Shown piece after piece: positions 1 to 8,522 of a stretch of 64,000 bases of DNA. Source of the stretch: a virus; IMG/VR virus record IMGVR_UViG_3300042922_000265, positions 1-64,000 of that record. One strand, 5' to 3'. The translations under genes and the position numbers were made by a program. Each line of letters starts with the position of its first letter. The stretch's first letter is position 1. Below the pieces are notes generated by a model, which saw only the letters and a program-made list of their open reading frames with translations, was not told the origin of the DNA and made no database searches.

Positions 1-572
1 GTGGACTGGTAGACCTGAGTGATCTGGTCTTGAATCTGCTGCTGCAGAGAGGTACGCAGCAGGCTGTCCGCGCTCTGGCGCGCGACGATCTCGGCCTCCA
101 GGTTGCCCTGGACCACGGCGGCGGACTCGGCACCCGAGACAGGATTGCCGTCGGCGTCAACCACCTGACCGGCGTCATTGAGTCGCGCCACGCCCGAGGA
201 AACACCGACGTCAGACCACTGGACGTAGGTCTCACCGCCGATGATGTTGCCCAGGTTGTCCAGGTCGTCGAAGTCCACGTCGAAGTCGGGCATGACGAAG
301 TCGCGGGTGTACTGGCGACCCATGGGCTTCTCACGCCAGGCGATCCGATACGGGATGCGCTCGGTGAGGTCCGGGTGATCGGTGGGCACCAGCTCGAACA
401 CGGCCTGGGCGGAACCACCGGCCAGCAAAACGTCCTGAGTCTCACGACCCACCAGGGTGGCGTTCTGGTTGGGAGCGCTGGGGTTGGAAAGTGGGTTGAT
501 GGCCACTTCCATGACGACCGGCTTGCTACCTACCGACCGCTGGAAGTTAACCGTAAGCGCACGCTTCTGCAC
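1..572 (-). CDS. Putative virion structural protein, N-terminal part (runs off the window edge)
   Basis: Open frame from a GTG at 572 (VQKRALTVNF...GVARLNDAGQV...), with an AG-rich RBS upstream; not in the ORF track because it is truncated. Confidence 0.55.
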   Translation of the reverse strand, partial: MQKRALTVNFQRSVGSKPVVMEVAINPLSNPSAPNQNATLVGRETQDVLLAGGSAQAVFELVPTDHPDLTERIPYRIAWREKPMGRQYTRDFVMPDFDVDFDDLDNLGNIIGGETYVQWSDVGVSSGVARLNDAGQVVDADGNPVSGAESAAVVQGNLEAEIVARQSADSLLRTSLQQQIQDQITQVYQS

Positions 573-630
573 CGTCTCTCCTCCACGCAGCTGTTCACCT
601 ATTCAGGTGACTGCGGGAGGTGATGACAGG

Positions 631-1335
631 TCAGAACGGGAAGCAGAGGCTGTTCCAGTCAGCGCGCGTGCCGGTCTTCCAGGCCACACGCTTGAGTCGT
701 GGATCGTCCTTGCTGCGGTCCTCCTGCTCGCCGTAGAGCGCGTCGGTCAAGAAGCTGCGGCGATCGATGATCGTGGTGGGAAGTTCGTCGTTGTGGTCGA
801 CCAGGCTGGGCCACGTGTAGCTGACCTGGCACTTGGGACCACGTTGTGCCCATCGGCTGACGATCTCGTCGATCGGCATCTCGCTGCGCAGGTGCCACGG
901 CAGGTATTCGCACAGGCTTTCGAGCTGAGTGCCGTGGACAGCCACGCCTACGTGGTGCAGCAGCTCCTGCGAGACGAGCCAAGAGGGGTCAATGCCATCC
1001 ACACTCATCATGCCCAGGGCGCGGTTGATGCTGTGCTGACGGTGCGCCGGGCGGGATCGGCCCAGATACAAACTCACGACGGGCGTGGGGGCTACACCGA
1101 GGGCATCCCAGAGCTGGTCACGGAAGCCCTCCACCGGCACGGCGTCATCCTCCAGCACCACGCCCCAGGTGTCTTCCTGCTCAGCCAACCACTCCCAGGC
1201 GCGACGATGATTGCGGCCTGGGCCAATGGTGCCGTCGTCGATGAAGACACGGTCGGCGTCCACCTCGGCGGCCAGGTTCTGACACACCTCATCGCGACTC
1301 TCGTGGCTGACGATCGCGATGCTGAAACTGCTCAC
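631..1335 (-). CDS. Glycosyltransferase (GT25-like)
   Basis: VVLEDDA motif, and PIDE and PSLVDH segments typical of actinophage glycosyltransferases. Confidence 0.75.
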   Translation of the reverse strand: MSSFSIAIVSHESRDEVCQNLAAEVDADRVFIDDGTIGPGRNHRRAWEWLAEQEDTWGVVLEDDAVPVEGFRDQLWDALGVAPTPVVSLYLGRSRPAHRQHSINRALGMMSVDGIDPSWLVSQELLHHVGVAVHGTQLESLCEYLPWHLRSEMPIDEIVSRWAQRGPKCQVSYTWPSLVDHNDELPTTIIDRRSFLTDALYGEQEDRSKDDPRLKRVAWKTGTRADWNSLCFPF

Positions 1336-1643
1336 TCGGCGGCCTGGTAGGTTTCCATGAAGATGTCAGGCTGGCATGGATAGAACTCGCCCTTCACCCC
1401 CTTGATGACCCACACACCCGGCTTCACCTCGTAGCTGGTGCCCTCCAGGGTGTTGATGTTGAACCACCGGAAGTCGGTGGACTCCATCCCCTCGGGGTCG
1501 TTGACCCGATCGGTGACCGGTGTGCCGATGTTGGCGGCAGGGCACCATTCCAACCACTCGCGCTTGGTATGAGTGCCTCGGGTATAACGGAACGCCTCGA
1601 TCGTGACCGGCTTCTTAGTCCACTGACTGGGTTTGATGCTCAT
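1332..1643 (-). CDS. Conserved phage hypothetical protein (PGDYG-like)
   Basis: KKPVTIEA...PGVWVIKGVKGEFYPC...F.ETY signature. Confidence 0.7.
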   Translation of the reverse strand: MSIKPSQWTKKPVTIEAFRYTRGTHTKREWLEWCPAANIGTPVTDRVNDPEGMESTDFRWFNINTLEGTSYEVKPGVWVIKGVKGEFYPCQPDIFMETYQAAE

Positions 1644-1863
1644 CGGATCTCCTTGTCCATTTGTAGAGGCCCCATGCGTTCACGGAGCCGTAGGCAGCGG
1701 CTGAGACCAGGAATCCCGGCTGGTCGCTGACGACCGCGTAGATCACCCAGAGCACCTGGGCGACCAGCGCCACCACGAAGCCGTACCAGAGCTTCTGGGT
1801 GACCAGGAACAGGCCAAACACACCGATACCGGTGAGTAGCCAGCTCCACCACCAGTCGATCAC
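1615..1863 (-). CDS. Small membrane protein, PnuC-like
   Basis: Three hydrophobic helices ending NAWGLYKW; GTG start overlaps the upstream stop. Confidence 0.55.
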   Translation of the reverse strand: MIDWWWSWLLTGIGVFGLFLVTQKLWYGFVVALVAQVLWVIYAVVSDQPGFLVSAAAYGSVNAWGLYKWTRRSDEHQTQSVD

Positions 1864-2120
1864 GCGATGGCCTGCTTCTTGTCCTTCTTGGTGTCCCGGA
1901 TGGACGGCAGGCCCGCACGGCGCTGGCGCTGCGTCTCCTTGATGACGTCCTCCGGCATCGCGCTGAAGACCTCCTTGACGGTCCAGAACTCCCCAGACGG
2001 CAGCAGCTCTACCTCCGAGCCGACCTTGGCAGTCTTGAGGTCGATCCACGCGGCTAGAACAAACACGCTATCGCCCTCCTTGCGCTCCAGACGACATTGA
2101 TGCAGCTGCTTGTTGCTCAT
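1860..2120 (-). CDS. Hypothetical protein
   Basis: Translationally coupled ORF in the operon. Confidence 0.6.
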   Translation of the reverse strand: MSNKQLHQCRLERKEGDSVFVLAAWIDLKTAKVGSEVELLPSGEFWTVKEVFSAMPEDVIKETQRQRRAGLPSIRDTKKDKKQAIA

Positions 2121-2860
2121 GATCGACCTTCCATGGTGAGTTCTCTGATCTCGGACGGAATGCCCGCCTTGCGATAACGGGCCAGGCGGAACTTGTTGCG
2201 GATGGTGGCGGCCTTGTCTTCTTCGGTGAGGTGGTCACCCCGCCATCCCGGCAGGTGGTAGAGGTGATGCACCGGACCCATGATCCACCGCGTCGGTGAG
2301 CAGGTGATGGCGAAGGCGTGAGCCATGGCGTTGTCGTCGTACCAGCTGCCCTCGAACTGCTCATCGTAGCCACCCACCAGGTCGTATGCCTGACGACTGA
2401 TGACATTGACCGCTCCGACACTGGAGCCGTTCCACATGACACGCTGAGGCTCCGCGTCCTGGGGCCGCAACTTGCCACGACGCACCCGGTCGGAGACTTC
2501 CTCGCCCAGGTAGCGGTACTTGTCGAACGGGATGACCAGACCGGGGCGTTCCTGGGCCATCATGACGGCGTCAGCCACCTGATGGAAGGGCACGATGACG
2601 TCGGCCTCGGTGAAGACGAACACGTCGGCCTTGCTACCCCGCACAGCGCTGTTGTAGGCCGCCGATCGATTGAACTGGGCATCGCCTTCTCGGCCATCGC
2701 TGTTGGCGAACACCACCCAGTTGTGCGGGACAACATCGCACCAGTGCTTGACCACGCAGTCCAAGTTGAGCTGGCGCAGCGGGTCGGTGCCCCGGTCCCG
2801 GAACGGAATAACAACAGCAACGCTAGGCACGGGCAAGGTAACGCCTCCCCAGCTCGGCAT
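2117..2860 (-). CDS. Glycosyltransferase (GT7/galactosyltransferase-like)
   Basis: VVIPFRDR, FNRSAAYN, EAD and GGYDEQFEGSWYDD motifs. Confidence 0.85.
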   Translation of the reverse strand: MPSWGGVTLPVPSVAVVIPFRDRGTDPLRQLNLDCVVKHWCDVVPHNWVVFANSDGREGDAQFNRSAAYNSAVRGSKADVFVFTEADVIVPFHQVADAVMMAQERPGLVIPFDKYRYLGEEVSDRVRRGKLRPQDAEPQRVMWNGSSVGAVNVISRQAYDLVGGYDEQFEGSWYDDNAMAHAFAITCSPTRWIMGPVHHLYHLPGWRGDHLTEEDKAATIRNKFRLARYRKAGIPSEIRELTMEGRS

Positions 2861-3662
2861 ACTCCTTGCGGAACATGGCCCACTCCTCCTTGGGCAGCTC
2901 CTGGGGGCCGAAGGTCAGGTGAGCAGCCAGGAACCCCTGAATCACCTGACGACGCACCGTGTTGCAGGCCCCCTCGTCGCCGATCACCGCATCCGGGCGG
3001 AAGGGACGACCACACAGGACGGACGGTGACGGCCTGCCCAACTGGGTGGCCACCTGCACGCCAGTACCCCAGCCGTAGGAGATCATGTTGATGCTCAGCC
3101 AGTCCTCGATCGGCTTGGCCTCCACAGGCAGGCCCAGCAGCTGCTGCCAATGGGTGAGGAAGTAGGTGTGGGACAGGCGGGCGAACTCGCCACTCTCGTG
3201 CACGTCCAACAGCGGGATGTCCAGGGTGTTGAACCGGGCCTGCATGCCCGGCGTGTGAGTCACACTGGCACCGTTGTTGATCGTGAGTGCGCTGCTGATG
3301 ACTCCAGGAGTCAGCATGGAGTACTCCACAAACTGACCGAAGGTGTCAGCCTCCCAGAACACCACGTCGTCATCAACCTTGACGAAATGAGTGTCCTGGT
3401 ACTGGGGCTTCGTGTACTCGCGCCAGACGCAATCGAACCGCTTCCACCAGGGCTTGACGTGGTAGTAGTCGTTGCGCACCCGCAACCGAGGACTGGTCTT
3501 GATGCCGCGCACGTACTCGGCGTCCCGGTAGAGCTTGGTCAGGTTCCAGATGTCAACGGTCAACCAGGGGTTCTCGTCGAGAGCCCGATGGATGAAGGGC
3601 ATCTGCAGCTCCATGTTCTCCCTGCGACCCGCAAAGACATAGAGCACCACACTGTTACTCAC
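2823..3662 (-). CDS. Glycosyltransferase (GT-A fold)
   Basis: FAGRR and FVKVDDDVVF (DxD) motifs. Confidence 0.7.
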   Translation of the reverse strand: MSNSVVLYVFAGRRENMELQMPFIHRALDENPWLTVDIWNLTKLYRDAEYVRGIKTSPRLRVRNDYYHVKPWWKRFDCVWREYTKPQYQDTHFVKVDDDVVFWEADTFGQFVEYSMLTPGVISSALTINNGASVTHTPGMQARFNTLDIPLLDVHESGEFARLSHTYFLTHWQQLLGLPVEAKPIEDWLSINMISYGWGTGVQVATQLGRPSPSVLCGRPFRPDAVIGDEGACNTVRRQVIQGFLAAHLTFGPQELPKEEWAMFRKEYAELGRRYLARA

Positions 3663-4159
3663 ACAGCCACCTCACCGATGCGGAACAGACCTCCCGAGAG
3701 CTGCTCCACCTTCCATCCGAACTTGGCGACGGCCTCCCAGAACGCCTTGAACACGTGCGGCTCGTTCTCGTCGTAGTCATCCAGGACGATCAGGCAGCCG
3801 GGCTTGAGAACCGGCCCCACATGCGTGAAGGCCGTCGTGGTGCTGCTGTAGAGATCGCAGTCGATGTGCACCAGCCCGACGTTGTACCTGCGGAAGGGGA
3901 ACACCGGCACCGTGTCGTCGAACCACCCCTCGACCAGCTGGGCGTTCTCCACCACTGGCTTGGGACACTTCATCGAGCCCGCAGGGAACTCCTCGCGCCA
4001 ATCCTCGGGTAGTCCCTGCCATGAGTCGAAACCGATGACCGGCATGACCCCGGCAATCAGTCGCGTCGAATGCCCACCGGCTACACCGAACTCGACCGCA
4101 ATCCCCTCCGGGTCCAGGCTCAGAGCCTGACGCAGGTCAGGAAACCCTTCATCGCTCAC
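3659..4159 (-). CDS. Class I SAM methyltransferase (TylF/MycF-like)
   Basis: EFGVAGG, GFDSWQGLP, GWFDDT, HIDCDLYSST and LDDY motifs. Confidence 0.85.
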   Translation of the reverse strand: MSDEGFPDLRQALSLDPEGIAVEFGVAGGHSTRLIAGVMPVIGFDSWQGLPEDWREEFPAGSMKCPKPVVENAQLVEGWFDDTVPVFPFRRYNVGLVHIDCDLYSSTTTAFTHVGPVLKPGCLIVLDDYDENEPHVFKAFWEAVAKFGWKVEQLSGGLFRIGEVAV

Positions 4160-4440
4160 TGCTGCTGCTCCCACTTCTGACGCCACCCCTTGGCGCGCCA
4201 CTCACACATACGCTTCCATTTCACCGACCAATGCGGGGCCGCGTCCAGCAAGGACGGCCTCAACACCGCGACCCAGACCGTCTTGCACTCTGGACAGACC
4301 CAGACATCTCCCACATGAGATCGATTCCGATACTCAAGCACATGCTCCTCGTTGGGCCGATGACACCAGTCCTTGGTGCCTTCAGTGTGCTCGAACGGGA
4401 TCTTCTTCTTGCGAACCCAGCCCTGCGGGTTACCGCTCAC
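4156..4440 (-). CDS. Hypothetical protein with a CxxC motif
   Basis: Coupled ORF containing CPEC. Confidence 0.55.
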   Translation of the reverse strand: MSGNPQGWVRKKKIPFEHTEGTKDWCHRPNEEHVLEYRNRSHVGDVWVCPECKTVWVAVLRPSLLDAAPHWSVKWKRMCEWRAKGWRQKWEQQQ

Positions 4441-4751
4441 AGGGTCTCGCGCTTGACCTCGCCGCTACGCTCGTCGGTCCACTTCAGCACATAGCCGTAG
4501 TGGCCACCGCGACCCTCATGCTCGCGCGCGGCGGCTTCCTTGGCCGCGCTCTTGGAGTTGAAGGACTGGGAGACGTAGACAATCTCGTTGTTCTCGCTCA
4601 GGCAGCGCCAGTAGTACTCGCCCGTGATGTCGGGCAATACCTCCAGGATACGCAGCTTCTTGCCTCGGTTCACCGAGGTCGCCTTGTCCCGGCGGCCCCG
4701 ACGGTACGGGGTGAGCTTGGGTACCTCAGTCTTGTCTCGTTGCTTCGCCAT
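4437..4751 (-). CDS. DUF1508/YegP-like protein
   Basis: YYWRCLSENNEIVYVSQSFNSKSAA resembles the DUF1508 consensus. Confidence 0.6.
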   Translation of the reverse strand: MAKQRDKTEVPKLTPYRRGRRDKATSVNRGKKLRILEVLPDITGEYYWRCLSENNEIVYVSQSFNSKSAAKEAAAREHEGRGGHYGYVLKWTDERSGEVKRETL

Positions 4752-4992
4752 CAGGCGCGTCCTTTCGCTTGCTCCAGGGTGGGTCGCGGTCCTCGTCAAG
4801 GACCTGCAGGTACTCCAGGCGCTGACCCTTCCAGGTCAGCGTCTTGAAGCCATGCGAGTCGTGTCTGGTCGGGGTGCTTCCAAGCCCCCAGCAGACCACC
4901 CCATCCCACGTGACGCGAGTGAGATAGGCCGGATACATGAAACCCATCTCCTCGGCCAGGCCGTCGAAGATGGGTGTGTTCATGGGTTTCAC
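4726..4992 (-). CDS. Hypothetical protein
   Basis: ORF in the operon. Confidence 0.45.
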   Translation of the reverse strand: MKPMNTPIFDGLAEEMGFMYPAYLTRVTWDGVVCWGLGSTPTRHDSHGFKTLTWKGQRLEYLQVLDEDRDPPWSKRKDAPDGEATRQD

Positions 4993-5018
4993 TATACCCT
5001 ATGTGGTAGATAAAGTCG

Positions 5019-5141
5019 CTATCGTTCTCCGACCTCATCCTCGTGGGGATTGAAGAAGAACTCCTCGGCAAACTCCTCGTCCGCCTGATCCTCCAGGTAG
5101 TCGTCGAAATCGCGGGCCAGGAAGTGCTGCGCGCCGTACAT
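5019..5141 (-). CDS. 40-aa highly acidic protein (MYGAQHFLARDFDDYLEDQADEEFAEEFFFNPHEDEVGER)
   Basis: ATG overlaps the upstream TGA; 14 of 40 residues are D/E; too short for the ORF track. Confidence 0.6.
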   Translation of the reverse strand: MYGAQHFLARDFDDYLEDQADEEFAEEFFFNPHEDEVGER

Positions 5142-5776
5142 CAGACCAGCACCAGCTGGGCGGTCTCGCGCTTCTTGGCCTCGCGACGCTCCTTGGCCGC
5201 TGCCTTCTTGGCGGCCTCGAACGCGATCACGTCAGGGCGATCTGCCACGCGGGCCTTGGCTGCCTTGTAGCCTTCTTTGCCCAGGATGGACGGACCGCAG
5301 CTGGTGCCGAGGCCGATGTGTTTGCTGGTGGGGTCCTCCAGCTCGTGGCTGCAGTTCACGCAGTAGGCGTTGGCCACACCGTGGGCCGCGATGGCCTCGC
5401 CGGTCATCTTCATGTCGGCGAACAGGCCGGACATGGCACCGGGGACGTACTCCAGGCCACGCGCGGTGGTCAGCTTGGCATAGAAGCGCTGCCCGTCCTG
5501 GGTGCGCACAACCTTGAAGACCTGGCCCTGGTCGTTCTTGTAGAAGCCCTCGGCGCTGATGCGCGCACGCTGGACAACCTGCACGGGCAGGGTGGTCTGG
5601 GTGGGGCGCACCTTCTTGGCGGTGGCCTTGAGGGCGGAGATCAGCTCGGAGGCGCGGGCCTTGGTGATGCCTTCCTCAAGCTCCTCGGCGATGGAGTTGA
5701 TGCCAGCGAGGTCGATGAGACGCTCGGAGACGAGAGCTTCGATGTAGCGGATCTGGGGTGCGGTTGCGTTGCTCAT
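5141..5776 (-). CDS. DUF6011-like zinc-binding protein, leaderless
   Basis: CVNC..LEDP.S...G.G..C motif. Confidence 0.65.
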   Translation of the reverse strand: MSNATAPQIRYIEALVSERLIDLAGINSIAEELEEGITKARASELISALKATAKKVRPTQTTLPVQVVQRARISAEGFYKNDQGQVFKVVRTQDGQRFYAKLTTARGLEYVPGAMSGLFADMKMTGEAIAAHGVANAYCVNCSHELEDPTSKHIGLGTSCGPSILGKEGYKAAKARVADRPDVIAFEAAKKAAAKERREAKKRETAQLVLV

Positions 5777-5812
5777 ACTTTTATTCTAGCACGGTAGAAC
5801 GAAGTAGCGCAA
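5777..5812 (-). promoter_or_regulatory. SigA-type leaderless promoter
   Basis: TTGCGC-18 nt-TAGAAT with extended TGn, then 6 nt to the ATG. Confidence 0.7.
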
Positions 5813-6025
5813 GTGAAGGGGACGCAGGTGCGCCACCGGCACACAACTATGACCTTGGTACTAGCCGACACCACCCTGAAGTTCCAGGGCTCGAACCGAC
5901 CAGCAGGGAACCGTCACCAAGTAGTGACCGGGCCTCGAAAGAGAGGTTGTTGGATGCTGGTCTAGGCGTCGCTCATGGGCGTCCTGTGGAGGGCAATAGG
6001 TACCCCCTTTGACGCCCCCTTCACT
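5812..6025 (-). ncRNA. Unassigned structured RNA of about 214 nt
   Basis: Terminal stem AGUGAAGGGG/CCCCUUCACU encloses several hairpins. Confidence 0.5.
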
Positions 6026-6043
6026 CGCACGTTCGAGGGTAGA

Positions 6044-6088
6044 CGACAGAACGGGCGGGGGTTGGGTAAACACCCCGCCCGTTCGTCG
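6044..6088 (-). terminator. Hairpin downstream of Ro60
   Basis: GAACGGGCGGGG/CCCCGCCCGTTC inverted repeat just after the stop codon. Confidence 0.6.
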
Positions 6089-6094
6089 ACTCGG

Positions 6095-7744
6095 TTAAAT
6101 CCGGCCAGCCGAGAAATTGCTGATGATCTGCGGCACCGCCGTGTCCATGCCGCTGACATCCAGCGACAGAGGATCGAACGGAGCCACCACCGAGGTTCCG
6201 GTGGAAGTCATCGCACACACGACCAGCCGCGCGTCCGGGTTGACGCGGTTGCGGTACAGCTCCATCACCTGGAAGGGATGGCCGTGACGACCCGCCCACG
6301 TCTCACCGTCGGTGAGGATCACGAACGTGTCGGCCCGGATGCCCTTGGCGATGGCCATCTGGATCGGCTGGGTGACGTCAGTGCCGCCGTTGACCTGCGA
6401 ACGCAGGTACTTGACGTTGTCGTCCAACCGGCGACGGGGCGAGATGTCCAGCGACCACGCACGGGTGTCGAACCCGATGTAGCCGACGTCAGGCTCCGAG
6501 GAACCCACCGCCATGGCCATCACCGCACACGCCTCCAGGCAGGTCAGTGGCATACCGCTGACGCGAGTGCCGCCACCCCACGAGGAGCCCATCGAACCCG
6601 AGCAGTCGATGCCCAGGATCGTGGTCTTACCCGCAGGCTCGATCGTGCCGAGCGAGGCGTAGAACGCATCGTCCAGCGCATCGGTGATCCGACCGACCGG
6701 GGTCCAGGTGCTCGATCCCCGCTCGGACTTGCCCGCCGCGTAGGTGCGCTGTGCCACCAGCAGCTGCATCGGGTGCACGCGGCCCCGCTTGAGGGCCTCG
6801 GCGTCGGTGAGCTGGTTGACCGCCTGGGCTGCCCAAGTGCCATCCCTGCCGTACACCCGCGTCAGACGCGGGAGCTGGCGGATCAGCGCCGTGATCGGCA
6901 TGCCCTTGTCCAGGAGTTCGTCCCAGATGGCAGGCTCGTTGATCCACTTGTCGGGGATCATCTCCCAGGTGACACCGTCGACCTTGAGCAGTTCGGTGAC
7001 CTGCGCGATGGTGTCGACCCGCTGCAGAGCCTCGTAGGCCAGCACGACCTCGGGCAGGGATGCCCGCAGTCGCTTGCCCGCGCGGTCCTTGGTGGTCCGA
7101 CCGGCCAGGTAGTTGTACAGCACCCGGTGGGCGTCGTTCTTGCCCGAAGGGTGGGCCATACGCAGGGCGTCGTTGTGTGCCCAGCCCTCACGCTGCCGGT
7201 ACTTCACCAGCTGGATGGCCAGCTGATCAGCGTCCTTGCCGTCGTACCACTCGCCAACAGCACGCCGGAAAGCGCGACCCCAACCACGGAACTGCTCGGC
7301 GTAGTTGAGGAACTTGAACAGCGAGGTGGCAGTCCGACAGACCTGCGGCAGAGCAGCCAGAGCTGCCTGGCGACCGGCGACGTCCGGGGACGCCGAGGCC
7401 ACTGCCAAAGCGAAGATCGCGGCGTCCTGCTTCGGTGCGCGACCGTTGGTCGACACGTCCACGATGGCCTTGACCAGGGTGAGAGGAGCCTGCTCAGCAG
7501 CCCGCAGCACGACGGCGGCGTTCTCCTTGGTGAGCTGGCGCTCGGAGGTGTAGTACGTACCGCCGTCGGTGCCCAGAGTCAGGAACCGGTGCAGCCGTGC
7601 TTCGTCTCCGATGCTGAAGACGTATCCACCCGCCGCATTCTTGACCTGATCCTTCACCGCAGGACGGCGCTGATCGGTCTTGGACGCAGGCACCGAACGG
7701 GGTGCGCGGGTGCGGATCGACGCGAGCGCGTCATTCTTGGCCAT
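6095..7744 (-). CDS. rsr: Ro60/Rsr TROVE-domain RNA-binding protein
   Basis: NAAGGYVF, RFLTLGTDGGTYY, KYRQREGW.H.D.LR..HP, RVHP and vWA MIDAS DCSGSM...TDGET. Confidence 0.95.
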   Translation of the reverse strand: MAKNDALASIRTRAPRSVPASKTDQRRPAVKDQVKNAAGGYVFSIGDEARLHRFLTLGTDGGTYYTSERQLTKENAAVVLRAAEQAPLTLVKAIVDVSTNGRAPKQDAAIFALAVASASPDVAGRQAALAALPQVCRTATSLFKFLNYAEQFRGWGRAFRRAVGEWYDGKDADQLAIQLVKYRQREGWAHNDALRMAHPSGKNDAHRVLYNYLAGRTTKDRAGKRLRASLPEVVLAYEALQRVDTIAQVTELLKVDGVTWEMIPDKWINEPAIWDELLDKGMPITALIRQLPRLTRVYGRDGTWAAQAVNQLTDAEALKRGRVHPMQLLVAQRTYAAGKSERGSSTWTPVGRITDALDDAFYASLGTIEPAGKTTILGIDCSGSMGSSWGGGTRVSGMPLTCLEACAVMAMAVGSSEPDVGYIGFDTRAWSLDISPRRRLDDNVKYLRSQVNGGTDVTQPIQMAIAKGIRADTFVILTDGETWAGRHGHPFQVMELYRNRVNPDARLVVCAMTSTGTSVVAPFDPLSLDVSGMDTAVPQIISNFSAGRI

Positions 7745-7793
7745 GAGTGGCCTCCTCTTCGTTGTGAGTCCGTATGTGGGTGGGGGATGGACT

Positions 7794-7943
7794 AGGTGAT
7801 GCGGACATAGGGGTGCTGTCCGGGTTTTGTACGCGCTCTACCAGACTGAGCTACACCGGCATGTGGTGCCGGTGGAAGGAATCGAACCTCCGACCTCGCG
7901 CTCCTGATGCGATAACCGAATTAGCGATCGGCCCGCATCACCT
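7794..7943 (-). ncRNA. yrlA: Y RNA, YrlA type (Y1)
   Basis: AGGUGAUGCGG terminal stem, GGGCCGA/AUGUCC Ro helix, then T arm (GGAGG UUCGAUU CCUUC), acceptor hairpin and D arm (UAGCUCAGUCUGGUAGAGC). Confidence 0.9.
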
Positions 7944-7962
7944 TTCCTCTATAAAATTTAGC

Positions 7963-8032
7963 GCACGGTCATGAGAACGCTCTCCGGGTTGTTTCGGCAA
8001 ATGAAGGTAACCGAAGTGCTTGCGGCCCGTGC
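7963..8032 (-). ncRNA. Minimal Y RNA without a tRNA module (Y2)
   Basis: GCACGG stem, GGGCCGC/AUGACC, and UUCGGUU...AACCCGGA as in Y1. Confidence 0.75.
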
Positions 8033-8041
8033 TTGATGATT

Positions 8042-8052
8042 ACTTTACAGGT
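8042..8052 (-). promoter_or_regulatory. Candidate -10 element for the Y2-Y1-Ro60 operon
   Basis: ACCTG-TAAAGT about 10 nt upstream of Y2. Confidence 0.45.
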
Positions 8053-8062
8053 TCTGTAGGGG

Positions 8063-8512
8063 TTACGCAACCGCCTTGGTCCGGGTGTCACACCCGAGCC
8101 GCTTGAACACCACCGCAAGGTCCTCCGCCGTACGCGGCGAGCTACACAGGACGGTGATCGGACCGGAGCCATTGTAGGGCTCCACCCACCTGGCTTCCAC
8201 CGAAATAGCCGTACCGGAGTCGTAGGACTCCCGAACGGTATCCACCAAGACGTGCTCGTCCTTGCGCTCCTGAGCCTTGGCCTTCGCCTTGGCCGCGCTG
8301 GCGAAGTTGCCACCCAAGGTCCACACCGACTTGTCCTGGTACCAGTAGTCCCAGACCCGAGGGCGGTTCTTCCACGTGACGATCGCATAGTCGACCTCGG
8401 CGGTGATAATGGTGCGGATCTCGTCGACAGACGAGGTGGAGTTGTCTTCCGCCCGTGCGGCGGTGATCTCTGTTGCGATGGGACCGGTTGCGGTCTGCTT
8501 ATGCCATTCCAT
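8063..8512 (-). CDS. Hypothetical protein, leaderless
   Basis: CCCTG-TAGAAT lies 7 nt before the ATG. Confidence 0.6.
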   Translation of the reverse strand: MEWHKQTATGPIATEITAARAEDNSTSSVDEIRTIITAEVDYAIVTWKNRPRVWDYWYQDKSVWTLGGNFASAAKAKAKAQERKDEHVLVDTVRESYDSGTAISVEARWVEPYNGSGPITVLCSSPRTAEDLAVVFKRLGCDTRTKAVA

Positions 8513-8522
8513 TGAACAGATT

